From Phyllosticta citribraziliensis (taxonomy: Eukaryota): a DNA stretch of 64,000 nucleotides. The stretch lies in assembly GCF_038025025.1 (NCBI RefSeq), contig NW_027117338.1:1054001-1118000 (forward strand), read 5' to 3'. The notes beneath the pieces were generated by a model. The model searched no databases and had not been told where the DNA came from. It saw only the letters and a list, made by a program, of their open reading frames with translations. This document shows, piece by piece, positions 34,575 to 47,346 of this stretch. Made by a program: the position numbers and the translations under genes. How positions within the stretch are numbered: the first letter of the stretch is position 1; each line of letters starts with the position of its first letter.

Positions 34575-36799
34575 ATGAACGTCACGGGGAGAACAACCGC
34601 CAGCAGAGGCGCGCTGCGTGTCGCCAGCACCAGGCGATCTTTCCAAACGACAACGAAACCAAACTTCCGACCTCTCCCGCAGCCGCTGCTGAGCGTGCGG
34701 CCAAAACGGCTTCAAACGTCCACCACAGCGGCGCCATTGGCCTCCTCGATACGGACCCTGAGGACCGAGACGACGGGAAGAGCACGCGCAGACAGCGCTG
34801 TGGGGCCGCAGGTCTCGCGCGGGACGTCCAAACTGTTCAAAGACGCCGACGCCGCGATTGCGGACCTGACGAGCGGGTCGACGGTGCTGAGCGCCGGGTT
34901 TGGCGTGTGCGGCGTACCAGGTGAGTGCTCACGCAATGGACAGGAGCTCCAGCGTCCACAGACAACAAGCTAACCAGTGCCCCCTGAAAAACAGAAACGC
35001 TCATTGAAGCGATAGCGCGGCGCGGCAAGGACTCGGTCCACTCGTTAACGGCCGTCTCGAACAATGCGGGTGCCGGCGACTACGGCCTCGCGCTGCTGGC
35101 CAAGAGCGGGCAGGTGAACCGCATGATTCTGTCGTACCTGGGCAGCAATAAGCAGCTGGAGAAGGAGTACTTGGCCGGCAACATTGCCATTGAGCTGTGT
35201 CCGCAAGGCTCGATTGCGGAGCGCTTGCGTGCCGCGGGCGCAGGCATTCCTGCGTTTTACACGCCGACGGGCGTCAGTAAGTTGCCATAGAATGACCAGA
35301 TTATGGGGATGTTGGAGTTGGCGAATAAGAGGTGCTGACATGGCTTGTGTTGCTAGATACGCTGGTGCAAAAGGGCGGGATTCCAGTCCGGCTGGGCTCA
35401 GGGGGCAAGGAGACGCTCGAGCCGGGGACGCCGCGCGAGTCGCGAGATTTCGACGGCCGCACATATGTCATGGAGAGGGCGCTGAAGGGCGACGTGGCGA
35501 TTCTGCGGGCGTGGAAGGTGGATGAGGCCGGAAACTGCCAGTTCAGGTCAGTCAGCAAGTCACTGGGGAGATGTTCGAAAATTCCAGGACTCGTCTGACT
35601 CACATATCCAGATACACGACCAAGACATTCGCACCGCTCATGGCCAAAGCCGCGCGCGTCACCATCGTCGAGGCCGAGAACATCGTCCCCGTCGGCGACA
35701 TCGACCCCGACCACGTCCACCTGCCCAGCATCTACGTCGATCGCATTGTCCCCGCGACGGCAGAAAAGGCAATCGAAGTCCGCAAGACCAAGCCGTCCAA
35801 AGACGACGCCAAGGGCGCGTCGCAAAAGGAGTCGGACGTCAGGCGCAACAGGATTGCGAAGCGCGCAGCCAAGGAGCTCAAGCCAGGCTACTATGTCAAC
35901 CTGGGAGTTGGTGAGAACTTCTCGGCAGACAGGAGTGGTTGTTTTTGTCGTTGCTGACTCGAGATATCAGGTATCCCGACACTTGCTCCGTCGTTCCTTG
36001 AGCCAAACTCCAACGTCTGGATTCAATCCGAGAACGGCATTCTGGGCATGGGAGCGTATCCGACAGAAGATGAAGTCGATCCGTGAGTTGCCTTTCCCTT
36101 GGATGAGAAGCAGTGAGAAGAGAGGATTGTGTGGAAATTGCTAACCATGTCTGTGTCCGGGTTTGACAGTGACCTAATCAACGCTGGCAAGGAGACTGTC
36201 ACGCTCGTTCCTGGTGCTGCGACGTTTGACAGCTCCGAATCTTTTGGCATGATCAGGGGTGGCCATGTTGACATGTCGATTCTTGGTGTAAGGACGAACC
36301 CATTTCTTCCCCGCTATCCTTCCCCTTGACATCGTTGGCGCCAAAACAACAACAATTTACTCACGAACGAGCAGGCCCTACAAGTCAGCGCATCAGGAGA
36401 TCTTGCCAACTACATGATCCCGGGCAAGACGTTCAAAGGCATGGGTGGCGCCATCGACCTCGTGTCCAATCCGGACGTGACCAAGATTGTCGTCGCCACC
36501 GAGCACGTCGCCAAGGACGGCTCTTCCAAGGTTGTGCAAGACTGCCAGCTTCCGCTCACTGGCGCTAAGGTCGTGAGCACAATTATCACGGATTTGGTAA
36601 GTTTTGGCATAGTGACGTCCTGGTGCGTGGAGAGGTTGTTTGCTGATAAGAGATATGTGAGTAGTGCGTTTTCCAGGTCGATCGCGCAAATGGCGGCCTC
36701 GAATTGACTGAGGTGGCGCCTGGTGTCAGTGTTGACGAGGTGAGGGAGAAGACGGACGCAACATTTACCGTTGCGTCGAATCTCAAGTCCATGGAGTAG
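34575..36799 (+). CDS. Mitochondrial succinyl-CoA:3-oxoacid CoA-transferase (SCOT/OXCT-like; possibly 3-oxoadipate CoA-transferase); about 8 exons
   Basis: Arg/Thr-rich presequence; [44 protein letters not shown], catalytic [23 protein letters not shown]. Seven GT-AG introns; stop TAG at 36797-36799. Confidence 0.93.
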
Positions 36800-36991
36800 T
36801 GACTGCAAGTCTTCGTGGCAGTTCTGTTTGGCAGACCACAGCGCTGTCCTGTCTGTGACGGGCATGGTTGTAGATTCGTTTCATATGCATGGTTCTGCCG
36901 ATTGTAAATAGAATTCTCACATATATACATGTACCTTGAAATGGCTAGCTACAAATGCTTCTACAAATGTCTCTCTCAATCCACAACCATC

Positions 36992-37928
36992 TCACAACTT
37001 TGCTCTCAGGCCAGGCGCAAACGTTGTCCTCGCCCCCACCTCGTCCTCAAACGCCTTCAGAATAGTATCCACGGTCCCCAAAATCCACAAATTACCTTCG
37101 TCGCTCGCCAGCCACCGGCCGCCCTGCACCGCCTCGGGCTCCTCTTTCGACGCAACGCCATTTTCATCCTCAAACGCCTTGCGCAGCCCAAATACATGTG
37201 ATACGACCTGGGGACCGACGCCCGTCTGAGCACGCAAGCACGAAATGGCAACCAGCGGCGTGAGGACGCGGCCAACGCGCGGACGGGCGTCTCCCGGCCG
37301 GAGCGGGGGGTCCGAAAGCAGGGCGGCGTAGTGGCTGTTGACGATGTGGACGGGGAGGTCGGGGTGCGAGGCGGCCAGCTTGTCGAGCAGCTTGCGGTCA
37401 AAGGGGCGGTAGATGGAGGACCAGAGGCCGGCGCCGCGGGCCTTTGTGTCGTCGATGTTCTGCGGCGTGGGCTCGCGCGTGGGCTGCGTGGCCAGGCCGC
37501 GCGCGACGGCCGGCGGCAGCGAGGCGCGGAAGGCGCCCAGGTTGTTGATGACGCGCGGGATCCCGTTGAAGCTGATGCATTTGAGCCCGACCTCGCGCAT
37601 CAGCTCGGCCGTGCGGATGCCGTGCGCTTCGTCGTGCCCGTCGGCGGCGAGGTTGTAGAGCGTTGTTAGCGACGCGGGCGAGTTGAGCGTCATGGATGTC
37701 GCCGTCTGCGTTTGATGTTAGGTGGAGGTTGCTCTTTGGAGGTCGGGATCAATAGGTGAGGTTTCAAACCGCTATGGTTAGCCATGCTGGCAGTCCAACG
37801 TCCTTGGACGCGGCATCCCGAGCTATGCGCTCGAATACAGAGTGGATTGATTTGGGCGCTGGTGTCACGTCTGGCAGAGCGAAGCGCGCGTTGATGAGAG
37901 CCTTGAGCGGTTCAGAGAGCTTCGACAT
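36992..37928 (-). CDS. AhpD-like/Pxp2-like helical protein with C-terminal PTS1 (-AKL); exons 37928-37770 and 37705-36992
   Basis: MREVGLKCISFNGIPRVINNL, LWSSIY, AISCLRAQ, SHVFGLRK. Intron 37769-37706 (GT...CTAAC...CAG). Ends PGLRAKL*. Confidence 0.8.
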
Positions 37929-38425
37929 GGTGGAAGGTTTGCGATGTGAGCAATTGAACCGAGTCAAACAAGAAGCAATGATGATAGAGGACGACGGGAC
38001 AGTGGTGTTGTGATGAGGTCACAGGGGCGGAGTCAGAAATGGCCCCGACGAACTTTGTGCGGCTACGTGCCGGCTACCCGGAGAACCCACAGTCCACGCA
38101 AGCGTCGCGGAGAACAGAGATGAGCTTAGCAGCAGAGATTGGACGGTTCCTGACTACACGAGAGAAACCAAGACATCTTGGTCAAGATGTTCAAGGGAAC
38201 CCACCGGGAGCTCCCGATGAACGACTCAGGTCCCCCGCCTGCCGAGGGTTGGACCGGAAGTGCCGGCAACACTCCGGCTCGCGCCTGGTCACGACGACAT
38301 CCGCTTCTTCTAGAACCAAGTGCCGACCCTCGGGCTCGTCCAACCTCCTGGCTGCTGTTCGCATTGTTATTACTACTTTTACGGACCGACCCGAGCGTGC
38401 TCCCCCAATGGGCTGACCTGCCGCC

Positions 38426-40988
38426 ATGGAGGCCCAATCCTCCGGGAACCGTCGTGCGAGCGTCATCAAACAAGCCGCCTGCATCGCCTGCCGCAAGACA
38501 AAGACAAAGTGTCTGAGAGACCCAGGGGCTCCAGTCTGCAAAAGATGCATCCAAAAGGGCTCCGAGTGCATCATTCCATCCCATCATGTGGGGAGGCAAA
38601 AGGGCACCAAAAAGTGAGACCTTCTCTCCAAGCCATCAGCCTCCTAATTCATTTCTTGGGCTGACGTCTGCACGTAGCAAGCGCACCGGGTTGGCCAAAG
38701 CCATTTACCAGGTCGAGCAGGCACTTGAGCGTGTAAAGTCTGGTCGCGATGATCAACAGAGCAAGGATGTAGCAGCGCGCCTGCAGAGGATGCTATCAAC
38801 GGTCCAAGATCTATCACCGGCTTCTGCTGCTGGTGAGCCAGGCGCTACGGCTTCAGAAAAACAAGCTTTCGCTTCAGAGTCGCCCGGCGCAGGGCCCTCT
38901 GAGGAACCAACGTCGACCTGGCCGGATGATTCGCCGGCCTCCAGCACCGCTTCGCCCTCGCCCATGTCAGCGTCTGGAGACTTGGCCTTGAATGATGCTG
39001 AGAATCCGTTGCAACTCCTCGCCCATGCTTCGGACCTGTCGAGGCACCGCCACTACGTTGGCGGTGCTGTCCAGGTCGATGATAGCAATCAACAGGGCGT
39101 TCAGGCATTCTTCGGCCCTTCGAAACCGAAATTGGACGTCAGCCAAGACATGGATCCAATCGACCTTGGGCTCGTCACGACGGTGGAAGCCGAAGAGTTG
39201 TTCCAGTAGTATGCTAAGCTCCAGACTGACTCGTCTTTTGTCTTGCTGACCACAACCCCAAGTTTTCACGACCACCTCACTCACACTAGGTGGGGCCTGG
39301 ACCGAGAGATTCATTCTCTGGAATTCATCCGCGGACGGTCCTCTTTTCTTTTTACGTCCGTTCTGTCTTCTGCCGCTCTGTTCATACCATCAGCGGCAGC
39401 CATATCAAAAAGACTGTCCATCCATTGCAAAAAACTTGCACATAACGCAATGACGGAGCGCTACAAATCAGTCGAGGTCGTTCTAGCCTTCATGGTCAAC
39501 GTCCCATGGCTGTCGTTTGGAAACCACTGGGCGGATGACGAGACGTGTTCCTACTTGGCTTCGGCGCTGACGATTGCAATGGATTTGTCCCTGCACAAAA
39601 TCGTGGTTCCTTCGCCCAGCAAGCCCTCTGCAATGGGAATGCAGCAACCGGTTGGAGCTGACAGCATCGACGCAAGAAAGGCCCTTTCCCTGGACGGCTT
39701 CGATGACGTGGACCCTTTTTCGCAGTGGGGCAGACGTCTGCTTAGGCGAAGAGAACGAACCTACATCGCGCTCTTCGTCCTCGATCGAGGGTAATATGAT
39801 TTTTGGGTTCTTTCAGGAGCTTACTGACGTTTGGCAGTGTCTGTCTGGCGCGAGGAAGGATTCCGATTGTCCCTTGCACGTCGTTGGTGGAGAATTGCGA
39901 TAATTGGCACGTCTCCGACATTGCCGACATTTGGGACAGTTCCGTCACTTCGATTGCCGTCATGCGGAGAGATTTGGTAGATTCGCTTTTCGAAAACTAA
40001 TTGGCCACGCTGACAAGCTTGTTCCAGGACGTCTTGATAAAAAACATAAAGCAGTACTGCGAACCATTTATTCCAGAAGTCACCTCGCCTCCTGAGGCTG
40101 TACAGAGGTAACGGAACTCATCTCAACTCTGGACTTCGGGTAGGGGCTGACTTCGGTAGAATCAAAAACATGATCGAAAACTTCTTCGAGCAGTGGCATC
40201 GCATCTGGGCGTACGCCCAACAGCGTAAGTGCCAGTCACGGCAGAGCCAGGACAGTTGCTCACTTTACACAGCTGGGTATCGCTTGCCGCCCTATGTACA
40301 AATATTGGTAAGCCATACGAGGCTGTCCACCTACAGCAGTGTCATCAACCATCCCACTGCTCCTGACGAAGTCCGACGTTTCTTCCGTGCCGCTGGTTTG
40401 TCATCCGCACTGCATGTCTTACGGGCTGCAGTCCACGGTGAAAAAGAGCTGGCATCCATGCCGAACAACACGGCAATCATGGTCGCCTTTGCAGCCTGCT
40501 TCACCCTTCGTCTTCACAGCCTAGGAGCAGGCTTCAGTGCGAGTGCTGCTCCCAGTGTCCGCCAGCTCATAGAAGAAGCTGCAGGCGCACTGGAACGCAT
40601 CGGAACCACACCGAGACATCGCGAGGGCGTGTCCGCCATCCTCGGCCGATACCTGCGCGCCATGCTTGGTCGCAACATCTCGACCATGACAGCAGACCAC
40701 AACATGTCTAATGGCCGCGATCCACCGAAGACGGGTTCAAGCGCCTCTCGCGCCGCACAACATTCACCAGGCCACATCCCAACAACCGAAGAGGCTGGGA
40801 ATGGCGGTGGCGGCACATCGTCTTCTATGCTCATGCCTAATGCACCGCTCCTCTTCTCGGCTATGTCAGACGTCGAAATCGACGGCTTGCTGTTGCAGAA
40901 CGATCAAGCGTTGCAACCTTTCGATGTCAATCTGCCTGGCGTCTATTCGAACAATTTCGACTGGATGGACTGGCTTGAATGGACTTGA
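38426..40988 (+). CDS. Zn(II)2Cys6 transcription factor with fungal middle-homology region; multi-exon
   Basis: ACIACRKTKTKC...CKRC......C binuclear cluster; ENPLQLLA, DPIDLGLV, RRRERTYIALFVLDRG. About six introns. Confidence 0.92.
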
Positions 40989-41897
40989 CCGCTGTTGACA
41001 GACTCCAGTTCCTTTGTCCCCTGTCGTACCCAAATGGAATCTACATTGGCACTCTGCTATTCCCTTCGATTCGCTAAGACCCGGCTTGGACAAGCCTACG
41101 CCAAGGACACAAACGACCGAGCTGGAGCTTACATTGCTTGGCACAAACACGAGCTCAGCGCCTGACTGCAATGCATTTGCGGCATGCTTTCGAGATCTGG
41201 ATGTAATTGACACTACGGAATCGATCGCACGCAAGACATGACGGTAACAACCAGCCTCGCACCGCGCAGCTCCGTGGACAACATGCCGCACGCTGGGACC
41301 TATTCCAAGTCTTCTATGACGATTATACCGTAAATCCAAAGTGACGATCCAGATGATGTTACGCATCGACTCTAGCCGCAAATCGCGTCGTGGCTTCTTT
41401 ATGTCGTAGTTTGTTGCAAATTCCAATGCTACCACATCAACGACAGTCTGCTTTAGCAGATATTTCTTCTACAACTGCAATAATACAGGGAGTCCGCTTC
41501 GATTGCAGCTTGTTCACATCTTTCACGTTTCATCGCTCGACTTGCGTTCTCAAAAGCAGCCTCCTTAGCACTGGCGACTGATTTGTCGTTACCTGCGTCG
41601 ATTTGGTCGCGGCAAAAATATGATCTCAAGTATTTTGGGACGTGAGTGTAATTTAGGTTGGTAGCCTTCACCACAGTGACATGGCTTATACTGAACCAAA
41701 AAGTATCAGGGAAATGTAAAAAAGCATTGCTGCCAAAAGTTGTGGCCAACAAGGAAGCTGCCTACCGCGTCATCCCCGCCCCCGCACCGCACCCCTCTTC
41801 TGCATTGATGTCATGGAATCGCTAGCTCGGCGCGGTTTTGTACCAATATGCGACTTCAAACCATTGGCTCCTCAATTACAACTCATAATCACTCGAA

Positions 41898-42704
41898 ATG
41901 GTGTCTGTATTCGGCAACAAAGATCTCGTTGCGCTGGCGCGCCATCTCCTCACCAAGGGACCTGTGAAGACGCTGCCCAGCAGCCGGCGCATCCGCATCC
42001 TCCTCAACGGGACCTACATCGCAGACACGACGCAAGCGCTGTACGTGTGGGAACACGACCGGTTCCCGCAATACTACGTGCCCCTCTCATCGTTCAAGAA
42101 AGACAGCTGGACAAAGACCGAGTCAATCGACAATGATGCCGCCAGCCTCCTTCGCATCACCGCCGGCGACCAAAGCACCGAGCGCGTCATCGCCTTCAGC
42201 ACGTCGCTAGACAAGCACGACAAGAGCGACCTGATCAATGCACTTCAAGGCATGGCGCGCATCGAATTCAGCTCCGTGGATCAATGGTACGAAGAGGACA
42301 CGCCCATCTACGTACATCCCAAGGACCCGTTCAAGCGAGTCGACATATTGCACTCGACGCGGCCCATCCGGGTCCTGATCGACGGGGTGCAAGTCGCGGC
42401 GGCGACGTCGTCGCTCCACTTGTACGAGACGACGCTGCCGACGCGCTTCTACCTGCCGCCGACGGCCGTCGACGCCTCGCTGCTGCGGCCCAGCAACCTC
42501 GTCACCCAGTGCCCGTACAAGGGCGACGCCGAGTACCACCACGTCGTCGTCGGTGATCGCATCTTGCGCGACGTGGTCTGGTACTACAAGCATCCGACGC
42601 TCGAGTGCAGCCCGATTGCCGGTCACCTATGTTTCTATAATGAAAAGGTTGACATCGAGCTGGACGGCAAGATGCTTGAGAGACCGGTCACCAAGTTTTC
42701 GTAG
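41898..42704 (+). CDS. Tandem DUF427 domain protein; intronless
   Basis: IADT..ALYVWEH..FPQYY, WYEED..IYVHPKDPFKRVDIL, LYETTLPTRFY, TQCPYKG.AEY, CFYNEKVDI. Confidence 0.88.
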   Translation: MVSVFGNKDLVALARHLLTKGPVKTLPSSRRIRILLNGTYIADTTQALYVWEHDRFPQYYVPLSSFKKDSWTKTESIDNDAASLLRITAGDQSTERVIAFSTSLDKHDKSDLINALQGMARIEFSSVDQWYEEDTPIYVHPKDPFKRVDILHSTRPIRVLIDGVQVAAATSSLHLYETTLPTRFYLPPTAVDASLLRPSNLVTQCPYKGDAEYHHVVVGDRILRDVVWYYKHPTLECSPIAGHLCFYNEKVDIELDGKMLERPVTKFS

Positions 42705-43477
42705 GCGGAGAGTGGGCTGGGGATACGCGCTTTGATGATTCATGATTGTGGTCAGTAACCAGCTTACTTTTGCCCGTCTTTTGATGGGAGCAGATTGGCA
42801 CTTTGTAAGATATTGCACATTTAAACAGCGCTCAGTATACAGCAACGAATGCTCCATCGTACACCCCATGAAAATTACCCGGCTCTCCACCGTGTCAAAA
42901 GCTACCATGTCGTCCCCGACTTCTCTCGCAACCTGATTCCCCCAGGATATCGTCGCGCAGAAGCAACATCATTACTAAGTCGAGACGACCAACACCTCTG
43001 GCAGTCTTCGGTTTCACGGCTTCCGGAGCCTTTTCGCCGCCCAGTGGCCGCGTCATTGCCGGCGGCTTGCTTCAGTCAGCCGGCCAATTTGGCAGGCTAT
43101 ACGTAAGCTTCCTGCTCCTTCTGATTGATTGGGTGGTTTGAACTGGAGCTGTCGGACTACCAGCGGAGACACGCAGTACCACTTTTTCACGATTTCTAGA
43201 GCTGTGGAAGATACGGATAGAGCAAGGGTATGATGTGGATGGTTTGAATATCTCATGATACTCGAGTACATGAGCTCCTTCTAGGCGCGCTGGCGCAGGA
43301 AATTAGGAACTGCCAGCCACTCTTTCTTTGGTACTCCAGGACCCGAATGTCAACGTCAAAGAAAACAATAGCGCCGAGCAAATGCGTGCACATGCAGGTT
43401 TGAGACTCGTCCCGCGGTGTCAGCCTCGAGAGAACGCAGGCCTCCCAGTGGTCTCACGAACGAAATCCATCCATCTC

Positions 43478-45122
43478 TCAATACGTCCTCCCCGGGAACC
43501 CGAAATGCTTCTTCCCCGGACTGCTCTGGCTGCTGCCACGCCTGGTAGTACTCGCCGCAGTTGGTGACGCCGGCTCAATCACCGCGCTGCTGCTCCGCCT
43601 GCTCCCAGGGCTCATGGGCGCCGGTGCCGCATCCGTCGCCTCCATCTCCGCGGGGCTCCGCGTGCTGCCCATGTGCGGCGTCGAGCCGCCGGGCAGCTGC
43701 TGGATCTCGCTGTCGCCTGGCAATTCGGGCGCGAACTCGGGGGCGCCCGTGTGCCGGTTGTAGCCCACAAAGGTGCCGCCGCCTTCGATGGGCGGTGCAG
43801 TCGAGTGCCGCTGGTGTCCTCCCGCGGCGCCGGACATGGCCGTGATGTCGCTCCAGCGGTAGGAGTTGGGGCTCTTTTCGGACGCGAGCGGGGGGCTGAG
43901 GGCGCCGTTGTTGCTGTTGCTGTTGCTATTGAGTTCGCCAGGAGGAGGAGACGCCACGCGCAGCGACGGCGACTTGTACCAAGCGAGCGAAGCACCGGCA
44001 CCATCTCCTGCGTTGCCAACGCCGCCGCCAGCTTCAGAGCCGCCCACTTGCGACTGTCGGAACACCTTGTCGTAGGTGCGCGTGCGGGCGACGTAGAAGA
44101 CGAGGGCGCCGGCCACGCAGACAAATGCCACGACGCCGATGACGATGCCCGCGATGCTGCCACCTGACAGGTGCGATTTGTGGCTGCTCGATGAGGTTGA
44201 TGATGAGTTTGATGAAGACGAAGAGCTTTTGCCGCCTTCGGCCGGCCAACTCTGGCCGGGTGCCAACTGGTATTCGGCGGTGACTGCTTTTTGATGCTGA
44301 GTTTCGATTGACTGGTTGCTTGCCTGGGAGCGATTTAGTCAGCCTCTGGTCGCGCGGATGGTAGGAGACGAGGATCTTACTGGATTGATAACGCCAACCA
44401 TGCCTTCGGGATGGCAGGAGGTGAGGGCATCGCAGTAGAAAAATATCGGCTCCGTGTCATTGATCTGTAGTGTCCATTGTTTCCTCTGTGATTGAATTAG
44501 CCTTGAGCCTCTTCCCAAAAACTGGTGGACGTACCAGGTTATATGAGGAGACCAATTCGTTGCTCGAAAAGAAACCTTGGTTGGGTTCGCCTTCATGGTA
44601 AAGCTCCCAAGGCACACACGGATTGCACCCAGCCGAGCCACAGACTTTTGTGTTTCCTGCATACTCGCCGCGGATGACTGAGTGATTTGTTGGGTAAAAG
44701 TCGAAAACAATGGTGTCTCCCGGATTGGCATAGGTCACGTTCGGCGAGAAGTTGAATCCATTGGCCCCTGCTTGTACGGTCAAGGTCTGCGGTCCGGTTG
44801 ATGATGTCGAACTCGAGCTCGAACTTATGCTGGAAGGAGTTACAAGTGCAGACGAGGTGATGAGACTCGATGATGATGGTGATGACGAAGAGGAGGAGGA
44901 AGAAGAAGAGGAGAACGAAGAGGAGGTCGTGGTAGACGAGGTAGGTGTCGCAACGACGGTAGTGCTTGCGGCGATGGCAGTGCTTGTAGGTGTGGTAGTG
45001 CTGGCAATAGCAGACGAGAGGGAAGATGGGGCAGTCGATGTAGCGGCCACGGCGGTGGTTGTTTGTGCTAGCAGAGAAGGAGCGCGCTGCAAAAGGTATG
45101 CGCAGAATAGAAATCGTCGCAT
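43478..45122 (-). CDS. Single-pass membrane protein: signal peptide, S/T stalk, cupredoxin-like domain, TM helix, cytoplasmic tail; introns 44534-44486 and 44380-44324
   Basis: F.PNVTYANPGDTIVFDFYPTNHSV, CVPWE, PIFFYC...SC...GMVGVINP, LSGGSIAGIVIGVVAF TM segment. Both introns keep the frame. Confidence 0.88.
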
Positions 45123-46844
45123 CTTTTCGTGGTTGCGATCGCAAGGTGATGGATGGTGTTTCGAGAAAAGGCGGCTACATAAAGCTGTTTGTTTGAAACG
45201 GGCGAAGCAGCGGGAAAACGCACGAGGGCGAGGAGAAGGGCAATACTTTGCTTATGGCTTGCGACCCGGCTGGAGTCGCGATCCTGCAAACGTCGCAGCC
45301 GCGCTCGCAACCCGCTACCGGCTCTCCATCGATAAAGGTGCGAAGGAATGGCGTGCATCAGCAACGGGGGGGACGTCCACCTTGGGACCATGGCGTGGTG
45401 AAGCGCAGCCGAAATTTTGACCCCGCTATGGTAATGCTCACAGTCTGATTGCGCTGTTGGTGGTGGCGGCGAAGCCTCCCTGAGGCTAAATCCTGCATGT
45501 CAGACACAGCGTGACAGCCGGCATTCTGTCTTGTCTCAGTGCGATTTGTGAATCCAGGGTGGTGTCCGATACTTAATCAGTGTTCAACAAAATGATAGGC
45601 TTAATATTGAAGGAAATCAATGAACGAGACGATTTGGAGAAGGGAACAATGGAGCTGGATGGACAAGAAGTCGAAACCTACACTCAAACCTTTGTGTCAG
45701 CCACATTTTGGGGACGAAGCACTCGTAAGTCAGGATCAGCCAAGAGGCTGTTCCGTGAGTTTTGTCGATAAAAGTGTCCGGTACGAAGTGACCGTCGACA
45801 TGTGGTGGGAGCCGGCTCGGTTTGAGCATCCCTCTGGCAGCGATTGCTTACCCTGGTTTTGCTCGGTGCCGGTCTTCCCTAGCGAACCAGATCTTCGTTC
45901 GTGACCCCTTCGGCATGCCTCTTGACCGCCTACTTCTTCGATACCTTGATTCTATTCAGCGCCTTGTCGCCAGGCTGGCATCCAGGCCCAACCATGGGCG
46001 ACCGGGCTGCATCAAACATGCATGTCGTTCCGATTCTCTGCATAGTGTCTTGTTTCAGAAAACTTGTTGAAATTGCGTAATGATTGCAAAATGTTAGCAA
46101 CGTGTGCAAGAAGCTGAGTTTGTTAGATCCGCGCGGTAAGGAGGCGTCGACGTAAAGAACCGCACGTCGTTGCTATATTGGGAAGTTCCGTGCCTCAGCT
46201 GATGCGGTTAGTAGCTGATGTAATGCTGGTATTTGCTGCAGGTTGATTTCAGCCGGTTGGTCTAAAAGCTTGATTCAACCTAAACACCAACGTTGGGAGC
46301 CTCCAACGTCAAAGAAAGTCCCTGTTGTTGCTTCTTCGTCAATGTAAAACTTCAATGATACTCCCTGACTGGCCCCTACCACTTTTGTGTGCCGCGACTT
46401 TTGCTACCAACCCTCGGAAGGTCGGCTACGTTCAGACTTGTAGCGTGAGATTTGAAAAGTTAGTAAAGAAAAGCAAGGCCTCCCATTCTCAAGACTTGCG
46501 CCCAAGGTATTACATGCAAGGAAATCCGTCGTCGAAAACTTCTTGAATACGGCGATTTGCTCAGAAACCTTTGAAGAGCAGGTATCGCGCAGGACCTTCC
46601 GACTCAACGCCAAGGAAACATTTGATGAAGAGAATTGATTCATTTTATGGATGAAGACGGGTCCCCGCCTTCTTTCGGCGGCGAGCTCGATGTGACTGCT
46701 TCATAAGTCCTCTGGAATCATTCGTATGTGGCTCCTCTGAGAGCAATCGTGTGTTGTCGGCGCTTTCGTTCTCAAGTCAGACCGAGCTTTTGGGGATGTG
46801 TCGATCAAATGATTGTCGAAGAAGCCAGCTGAGCAGCGTTGGAC

Positions 46845-47346
46845 TTATTCGAAGTAAGAGTCCTTGCGGTCAGAAGGCAGGTATTCTTCTTCTTCCTTGA
46901 CCTCCTCCTTCTTGACAGGACTGTATTCCTCGATGTCGCCGAACTCCTCATCATCCTCGACCTCGACGTTCTGCTTCTTTCCCTTCTTGGAGGGGGTGCC
47001 TTCCGTGACATCTTCGCCGGCAGATTTCTTGGCAGACGCGGCCTTGCGCTTGCGAGAGGCTGGGGTCTTCGCGGTGGCCGGAGAAGCGGTACCGGTGCCA
47101 GCAGCACCGGAACCCTGGGCGAACAACTTCTTCTTGGTGCTGTTCCAGCAAGCACTGGCCGAAGCAGCGTTTTTGAAGCCGGCGAGTTCGGCAAGCTTCA
47201 CGTAGTCAATCTGAAAGGGTCAGTCGGACGACAAGGACCTGAGGGTAAGGCTCACTCACCGCTGGCTCAGTCTTGAAACACTTCCAAGCCGCAGCAGCGA
47301 TCTCAAAATCGCGGGTGGTCAAGTTGTTTGACTTTGGCTGACCCAT
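46845..47346 (-). CDS. Small hypothetical protein, helical N-terminus plus basic/acidic tail (possible nuclear DNA-binding protein); intron 47259-47211
   Basis: MGQPKSNNLTTRDFEIAAAAWKCFKTEPA spliced to IDYVKLAELAGFKNAASASACW..TKKKL. NLS-like RKRK and TPSKK. Confidence 0.75.

Noticed and set aside
40866..41435. 189-aa minus-strand ORF downstream of the Zn2Cys6 gene
   Set aside because: Non-ATG start, overlaps the TF 3' end, no recognisable motif.
45570..46710. Possible decayed multi-exon gene on the plus strand
   Set aside because: Short protein-like fragments and one donor site, but I could assemble no coherent model or motif.
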